The notes below the pieces were generated by a model. The model was not told the DNA's origin. It searched no databases and saw nothing but the letters and a program-made list of their open reading frames with translations. Made by a program: the position numbers and the translations under genes. A DNA stretch of 64,000 nucleotides from Nageia nagi (lineage: Eukaryota; Plantae; Pinophyta), in the NCBI GenBank assembly GCA_050084985.1, contig JBITNC010000001.1, positions 15,438,001 to 15,502,000 of the forward strand. The letters run 5' to 3'. Shown here piece by piece: positions 55,801 to 64,000 of the stretch (position 1 is the first letter of the stretch; every line of letters starts with the position of its first letter).

Positions 55801-58099
55801 ATTAACTTACTCAAGCATTAAATTTAGAGCTTAGAGTTCACTCCAAGTTAAAAAAAAAAAACTTAAAATTTACTCCAAACATTAAATTTGAGGCTAAAGT
55901 TTAATACAAGTAATAAAAAAAGGACTTTTTACCCCCTAGGCAAACTAAGAAGGATAGAGATATAAAAGAATTGTAGTTAGTTGACAGAAAACAATGATAG
56001 AAGAAAAAATTACACTCCTTAAAGCAATGCCAAGAATGATGGTAAAAAGAATAGGAGAGCGTAGTCAAATATTACAATGGCAAGGGTTGAGAGGGTCATC
56101 ATTCAATAGGCCACGAGCCACCAAAAAAAGGAAGGGATCGTGTGTTGATAGGCCACAGATCAATTTGGTTTTTCAATACTATGGAGTGGTTGTAAGGAAG
56201 GAACGATGAACGAAGGAGGCCAAAGTTGCATGTGAAGTAGGGAGAAGCCCTCTTTTCTATGGCCTACGAGTGGAATGGAGGCTAATCGCGAGAGTTAAAA
56301 AATGTGAGGAGGGCCATAGGAGTATTAGGGTTCATTAGTGGGAGACATTGATAAAGTAGAGTGGAGGAGATGACGAGGGACTGCAAAACAACCAATCAAT
56401 TCATTTTATAGATGTTTGAAATGCAAAGGGGTTGATTTGCAGAGGTCCACGTAAGGTGGAGAAGTCAAACCGTTGAAGCTCTTTTAAAGGGATCAGCTGG
56501 CCACATATAGTAGCCAAGTTGTTGGATGCACCACTAAAGAGGAGAGCCCTATTGAGAGGTGATTGTAAGGTTGGGAGGAAAGACCATGCGAGACCCAGCC
56601 CTTTCTATTTGAATGATGTTTGGATGAGTGCTTTATTAGACATGTGCAAAGAGAAGAAAGGTCGCACAAGAGGTGTAGGAGATACATAGCAAGTGCTAAG
56701 CAAAGCTGCAAGGGTGAAAGGAGTTTGCAAAGCCATGTCTATGAAGGAGAAAGCTGGAGAAGAGCATGGCTTTATGTGAGGAGATCATTAGGAAAGAGGC
56801 TGAAGGGCTAGGAGGAGATTGCTCAATGCAACAAACAGAGTCATGTATGAGAAAAGATAACTGCATGAGAGACAAACTGGTTGATGGAGGTCCAAGGTGG
56901 GCTTCATTCAATTGTTAGAGTAGCTCGTAGCTAGATCCAATCCTATCAAGCGATATAAAGTGGCCTTAACAGAGCCAGATCTAGCTTGATTCTGCATTCT
57001 TTTAGCATATAGTAAAACATGTAAAAAAATTTATATTATTTATTATCATTATTATTATTTTTAAATGTAGTGCTCCCCTTTTTGTTTTTAAAAATTCAAA
57101 CTTGTGTAACAATAGACTTCTCATTTTTTTTTTAATTGAAAGCTACCTCCTCTCTTTTAAAAAAAATAATAATAAATGGTCCAAAAAAATTACAATTTTT
57201 TCTATACTAATCTCATTAATTAACAACATTGCTTAGTAGAGGTTAGTATAACAAAAAAATTGCACAAAGTAAATTTGCAATTTTCACTAAGTTACAAAAA
57301 ATAAAAATAAAAATTATAACAAAATATTACAAATATAATTATATCAATGTATTATTGTCATTTTAAAGTTTATTTAAAGGTTAACTAATAATAATTGTTA
57401 GTAATAGCAATAAATTGTAGTAAAGAAATGTTAATAACATAAAAACAAGAGAGGTTATAACTTTGGAGCTCTTTTACCTCAGTATGAAGTGTAGGTTAAG
57501 AAATGAAGACCTCCAAGTTGAAGAAAGACCTTCAAGAGTGTTGAAGATGAACCAAGGATGTGAAGAGGAGCCTCCAAGTTGCTCTGATACCAATTTGAAA
57601 GAACTAACACTAACAAGATAAATTTTAAACAACTAAGATCTCTTGAAAGCTCACAATACACATCTAACAATATCACAAATAAGATAATCTCACAAAGTAA
57701 CTCAAGATGTAAAGTGATTCCTCCAACTAAGAGTACATCCACTAACTAGATCTTTACTTCAATTACAAATACAACTCTCTTACAGTCCTCTTAATCTCAA
57801 CTCCTACACTTCTATCCTATAGCATAACTTTACTCCACAATTGGTGTGTGATTACAAAGAGGAAACCTTCTATTTATAGGCCAAAACCCTTCTTTGGATC
57901 ACCCTTTTATCCAATGTACAAAAGCATGACATGCACATCCTTTTACCCAAGGGGCATGCTCATGACATGGAGTGTAGGACAAGTTACATTATCATATTCA
58001 CTAAAATACTTAAGGTATCAAATGATACCTTTAAGTATTAGTGAATTTACATAGAAGATTTAATACAACCTTTACAATAATGCATTATACATTCCAATA
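49890..58099 (-). mobile_element. Near full-length degenerate Ty1/copia element A
   Basis: 504-bp LTRs 58099-57596 and 50393-49890; flanks agaga/ggaga; PBS 57592-57581; gag from 54898; NLWHHHLGHLN, integrase, RT (QPEGF...LYGLKQAPKAW...LYVDDLL), RNase H (FHKRTKHMEI); PPT aagagggag. Confidence 0.93.
50852..51270. repeat. Tandem array (8 copies, about 39-bp core) in the 3' UTR of copia A
   Basis: Core cacataagagttcctcacacatggataattgaatagtgc with short (about 7-9 nt) and long (about 24 nt) linkers. Confidence 0.9.
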
Positions 58100-59044
58100 G
58101 GAGAGAGAGGAGAGATTCTGTAAGAGAGGTCCTTACGAATAAGAAGATCTTAGTTAATGAATGTACTCCTTAAGATGGAGAAACCACTTTATATCTTATG
58201 TTATTTATTAGATTATCTTGTGTTATTATGCTATTATGTTGACATTGTAAGTACCTTCTTAAGATCTTGGTAAACTAGAGATTAATTTAGAAAGAGTTAA
58301 TTTCATCAAGTGGTATCAGAGCCATTTTTAAAGGATCCTCTTCAACATCCTTGAAGGTCCATTCCTCTTCTTTCTCCATCTACTTTGTTAAGGTAAAAGG
58401 GATTGAAGGTATAATCTCCCTCCTACCTTGTTCTTTGTCAAATTTTGCTTATATTACTAACCATTTTGGTTCTTTGATTATAAAATTTTATTTAGCAAAA
58501 TTTGTTGAAAGTAGAAATTATTGCTATATTATTTTTGGCTTTGCTAACATGTTAGTTCATTATTGTGTTATTGCTATGCATTATTTTTTACTAACAATAG
58601 TTTGTTAGTTGCAATTTTTAAGTAAAATTGCTCAATGTGTAGCAATAATATGTTAATTACAAATTTTGAGTAAATTTGCTTAAATTAGCAATAATGAGTT
58701 ATTATAGTTTAATTTTGGAAGTTTCTACTTGTGTAGAAATGGTTAAAAGTGCAATTTGTTTACTTTAATGTTGTTATTGCAATATTACATATTTGTAAAA
58801 AAAATTGTATGAAAATTACATGCATGCAATTCTAATGTGTTTATATATATATATATATATATAAAGGGAATATATATATTTTTTACAAAAATATATATAC
58901 TAGTTTAAAGTGTTTTTCAATATATATATATATATAAATTGTATTATTTTTTTAAATACAAATTAAAAAAAATTGTTAATTTAAAAAAAAGGTTTAAACA
59001 AAATTAAAAATGGTTTAAAAAAAAGTGGGCTTGGCTAATCGAGC

Positions 59045-59170
59045 TGCACGCCCCATGGGGGCTGCATTGACCCGCCTGGCTGTGCACGCCCCTTTAGGGC
59101 TACATTGGCCTTACCGATTATGCACCTTAAGGGCTATGCTGGTCCAACCAGTCACGCACCTATGGGTTGA
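59045..59170. repeat. GC-rich degenerate repeats (about 37 bp) in the leader of copia B
   Basis: gcacgccccatgggggctgcattg, gcacgcccctttagggctacattg, gcaccttaagggctatgctg, gcacctatgggttg. Confidence 0.65.
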
Positions 59171-62100
59171 CAATTTGTGGGCTCTACCACCCTCCCTCCT
59201 CTAGTGTGCTCCATCACCCTCCTCTACTCTTCCTACAATGCCCTACTAGGCATTAAAATTTTCTTTCTAAAAAAATATTGCTATTTTTTTAAAAAAGAGG
59301 GTATTTTAAACAAAGAGATGCTAATTTTAAAATAAAGGGGTATTACTTTTTAAATTAAAGGGAGAGGATTTTATAAAAAGAAGATTTTCTATTTTTTAAG
59401 TATGAGCTAAAGTTTGCATTAATTACCATTTAAAGTCTAAAGTTTTGGCTAATTTTTTATTATAGGCAATTTTTTTGAAGGCTACTATTTCTTTATTTGC
59501 TAAATTATCATTTTATCTTAAGTGTAAATTATAATAAGGGACTTTATTAATCACACATTTAAGATAAAAAGGAAAAATTATTGACTTAATGTATGGATTA
59601 ATGTTTTGTATTAATACATGATTATTGCTATTTTACACACATGTGAATGGATTAAAAAAATTAAATGCATGCTTTAATATTTTGTCCTAATGCATGTGGA
59701 TGGATAAACTTCCTCTTAAATAATTTTTGCCTATGAATTTTTTGATCATAAATTGCAAATAAGAAATTATTTTTAAATCCAATTTTTACGTTACAAGGGG
59801 GAGAATTTCTCATTTTTTAATAATGAACCTTTGTATAAAGATCTAATAGGGGCTATAACAAAACCCATTGGACTCTTAGGCTCATTTGTTGTTACTTAAA
59901 ATTTACGAACCTTTATAAAGAGATCCATTAAGAGTTGTAACAAAATCTATTGGACTCTTTGGCTTATGCTTATGGATGATCTTGGATGTAGTTTCATGTT
60001 TAAAGCATTTTATTATTTTGTTTTTTTACTTTATATACAAAGTACACAAACATTGAAAATTGCTTCCCCTAAAATGAACACATTTGTACATTTATTCCAC
60101 AACATGACTTGTTTGGGGAGCCATGAGGTGAGGATAAGATAGATTGAAGCCTTTTAATCCAATGATCCAAGTGGTGAAACATGTGTACTTCTTAATTACC
60201 CCTAAGTCCTCTGTTGGTTTGGATTTAACTCCATATAGGTGGACATACATGTGTGTAGTGATAATATATGTCCACTCATCTATTCAGGTATATCATGATA
60301 ACTTAGAAGGAAAATTGAAAACTTAATAAAGATAATTAATTTGATCGATCCAACATATGTCACAACCTTGGAAAATAGCTAATACTTCTCCTTGTGAGAG
60401 TATATTGCTACCCAAGGTGAACTAGTCGAGGATTGGTAGGACCTGGGATCTAGGTGAAGGCCTAATTTTATATAATAAAATAAGCCTCAACTCTTCCCTC
60501 TCTATGATTATACTCGGTGATGAAAATGTTAGATGTATGGTTATAATTTTTGTTAAATAATTTAAGCATTTAATTTGTTGATTAGTTCAAACATGTATTT
60601 GTATGATTATTGTTTTAAATTCAACATGTATGCTTTCAAAGTTTATCATCTTTATATTTTTTTGTAGTAATGGAGACTCTTTTGCACCCAAACATATCTT
60701 AGTTGGTTCCAATTATGATATTTGGGAATCTAAGATGAAAGCAGAACTTCAATCATGAAAACTTTAGATGATTATCAGTGAAAATCAAGTTGCTCCATCA
60801 AGGGAGAAGGAACTTTCAGATTATGATATAAAAAATGATTTGAAAACCTCTATTATCTTTCATGTTATTTCAAATGAAATCCTCCTCATGATATCTTCTT
60901 CGAACTTTGCAAAAAGGAGTTTAGGATAAACTAAAAAGTATCTATCTTGGTACCAATTTCTCTAGAAGGTTCACCATTCTTTAAAAGTTACTTCAATCAC
61001 ATTAAGAGGAAAATAAAAGTATGGTAATATATTTGAATAAGGTTATTTAGGACCCAACTTGTGGGGTGTGGTTGCAAATGGATCAACAATGAGTTTTTGG
61101 CTTTCATCATCCTTCAAAGCCTTTGTACTAAATTTAATCATTTTATGATTGTTATTGAAACTAGGATTGATGATGAAAAATAAGTGTTCTCCTTGGAAAA
61201 TATATCAAGGCTTCTCTTGAAACATTAAAAAACACTTAACAATAAGGTGTTGATCACCACTCCTAAGGAGCCTTCTATGGCATTGGATCTAATGAAGCCT
61301 CACTTCAAAAATAAGATCCATAACCAAAAGAAGTGTTCTCATGCTCCTAAGAAGAACTTCAAGAAAGCTGGAAATAAGAAAAATTATGATCATGATAATT
61401 CAAAGAAAACCAAAGCTAAATTTAATAAAAATTATAATTTTTGTGACATTTATGGTCATAAGGAAGTTGATTGCTACAAGAAAAAGAAAGAATAAGGTGA
61501 AAAAGAATCTGGAAAATCAAACAAATCTAATAACAAGAAGAAGAACAAGAATTATACTTATGTTGCTACCTTTTACTCTATGTCTTGCACTTTTTCAAAT
61601 AATTAGATTGTTGATTTTGGATGCACTAATCACATGCATTTTGAAAAAGATAAGTTTGAAAACTTTTATAAGTATAAAAAAGATGCAGTTGTGATAGGTG
61701 ATAATTTAGTCCTTAAAGTTCGAGGTATTGGAAGTGTGTGGTTACAAGGAAAGATTCTTGAGAATATGCTTTATATGCTTAAATTCACTATAACTCTTCT
61801 TTTTGTAATTTATTTTGCAAGGAAGGATTACTCTTTTGAGTTTAACTCACATTCTTAATGCATGAAAAAGTGTCTTGCTACTTTGGTGAAAGGATTAATG
61901 AAAGATGACCTTTAAATTATGGATCAATCTCCAATAGAGATATGTCTTACAACTAATGTTTGCTCTAGAGGCAATCTTTGGCACCATTGATTAGGCCACC
62001 TAAACCATAAAAACATTCAAGTTATGACAGATCATGATCTTATAGAAGGTTTACCTACAATATCACCTACAATTGGTCTTCGTGATAAGTGTATTATAGG

Positions 62101-63012
62101 TAAAATGAATCGATAAAATTTTTTAAAAGATAAGATAACTAAAGCAACTCAACCTCTTCAACTTATACATTCAGATTTGATGGGTCCATTTTTGACTAAG
62201 TCACTTGGGGGAGCATCTTATGTATTGATATTTATTGATGATTACAATAGGATAACATTTGGTTATCTTATAAAGCATAAGGATCAAACCTTTGATAGGT
62301 TTAAAGATTTCAAAGCCTTGGTAGAAAATTATTCTGGATTCAAACTCAAGATGTTGAGATCTGATAATGGGAATGAGTATAATAGTAATGAATTCAATTA
62401 TTATTATACCAAGTATGGAATCAAGAGGTAGTTTATGATCCCTTACACTCCTCAGTAGAATGGTGTGCCGAAAGGAAAAATAAAACTATTCAAGAAATGG
62501 TAATATGTATGTTGGAAGATCTTCCTAGCTTCTTATGGGGTGAAGTTATAAATATTGCAATCTACATCTTAAATAGATATCTTAAGAAAGTAGTTGAAAA
62601 AAAAACTCCATATGAGGCATGGATAGGAAAGAAACCTAACATCTCTTACTTTAGGTTCTTTGGATGTGATCCTTATGCCTTTGTTGTTCTTTGTGGGCTA
62701 TGAAAATCAACATATAGGCTAAAATCTATACCAACCTTCCTCTATAGTATACTTTTTGTCAAGGGATGTAAAGTTTAATGAACTTCCTGAAGAATCTTCT
62801 TATTGTGGGAACCTTTATGAAGGTGATAATTCTTTTGTTGCACCTAATTGGATGGATGTTAGTGTGGATATATCACCTAAGAAATATAACTCTCCAACAT
62901 AAAGTATAACGAGAAGTATGAACCTTAACAAATCCTTAATTATCAAAATTAAAAATAAGAATGAGCCCTCATCCTTTAAAGAAGCTTTAAAGCACGAGTG
63001 TTGGATGAATGC

Positions 63013-64000
63013 TGTTGAGCATGGGTGATTGTCATTGTTGTCAACACGTGGTTTTGGCTGTGTCTTCGCACAGTAGTATGAGTTCATTTTAAGATCCCCA
63101 GGATGACGTTCCAGAATGAAATGATAAAGCTCAGTTGTGGAAAAATTTGGGTTCCAGAGAAGGTGAGAGTTGTTGAAAAGTCTGGGTTCCGAAGAAGGTG
63201 AGAGTTGTGGAAAAGCCCAGGTTCCGGAGAAGGTGAGGTCAGCAAAGAGAAATTAAGGAGCTGGAACCAGTTAATTAAGTATTCTGGAAGTAGAGCATTC
63301 TAGAAATATGAAGATGACATCAACGATTTCAGGTCTTAACCCAAAACCAGATCCCGGAAGCGATGAGGTCAACAAGGGGGGACTAAAAGAGCCAGAGCCA
63401 GCGAGTAAAACATTCCAGAAATATGAAGATGACGTCACAGGGAGAACAACGTTCACATTTTTGAATGAGCCCAGATCCCAAAAGCGATGAGGTCAGCAAG
63501 GGGTGACTAAAAGAGCCAGAGCCAGTGAGTAAAACATTTCGAAAGCAAGAGATGATGTCACGGGGAGAACGATGTTCACATTCTTTAATAGAACTGGGTT
63601 CTGAAGATGATGAGGTCAGCAAAGAGTGATCAAATAGCCGGAGCCAATGAGTAAAGCATTCTGAAATGCAGAGATGAGATCAGCAAAGAGAGATTGAAAA
63701 TCCGGAGTCCATAAAGTAAATGTTTCAGATTAAAAGGATGACATAACAGAGGATAAGATAGTCATGTTTTGGTAAAGATCGGAGTTTAGAGATGATGACA
63801 TCATGATGTAGGTGTTGAAAAGTTTGAAAAGCCACGTAGATACATTGGAACTCTCTTCCGGAGTCCGGAGATGATGACATCATGCAGGAAGCGTTTTACT
63901 CTACTTTCAGAGTCTGGAGATGATGACATCACGATGTATACAATAAACATCTGGTAAGCGAGACAAAGAGTCCAGGATTATCAGAAATACCATTATGAAG
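63013..64000 (+). mobile_element. LTR of a third retrotransposon (copia/SIRE-like start) inserted in the pol of B; repeat-rich; runs off the right edge
   Basis: Host frame ends at WMNA, then tgttgagcatgggtgattgtcattgttgtcaac; about 36-bp and about 125-bp tandem repeats; higher GC than host. Confidence 0.7.

Larger units (their letters stand above)
49630..63012 (+). mobile_element. Ty1/copia element B, related to A; 5' LTR split by A, pol interrupted at 63013
   Basis: LTR halves about 49630-49889 and 58105-58308, similar to the A LTR; PBS TGGTATCAGAGCC at 58311; gag from 60670; knuckle remnant YNFCDIYGHKEVDC; INT GPFLTKSLGGASYVLIFIDD, LRSDNGNEY; RT start EPSSFKEALKHECWMNA. Confidence 0.88.

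Overview
AT-rich plant nuclear DNA; the long TE-filled introns and retroelement types are gymnosperm-like (inference, species not determinable). One intact host gene: a pescadillo homolog (PES, ribosome biogenesis, PeBoW complex) on the minus strand, 14 coding exons from 44537 to 16440, 1860 nt, 619 aa, all introns GT-AG and in phase. Most of the rest is decayed transposon sequence. Left flank: a chromovirus-like Ty3/gypsy element nested in the RT of an Ogre/Retand (Tat) element that has an extra RNase H and an antisense plant-mobile-domain ORF. PES introns: a TRIM-like element, a solo LTR, a gag-only gypsy element, RTE- and L1-type LINE fragments, a MITE, and a non-autonomous copia whose Gag N-terminus is fused to an unknown acidic Cys-rich ORF. 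Right flank: two related copia elements head-to-head (one inside the other's LTR), both with a candidate long leader intron, plus a third repeat-rich LTR. No CRISPR, rRNA or tRNA genes seen. I found no clearly new biological system; the best leads are the Gag-fusion copia, two elements with an extra LTR-end/PBS module, and the copia leader introns. All coordinates and translations were worked out by hand.
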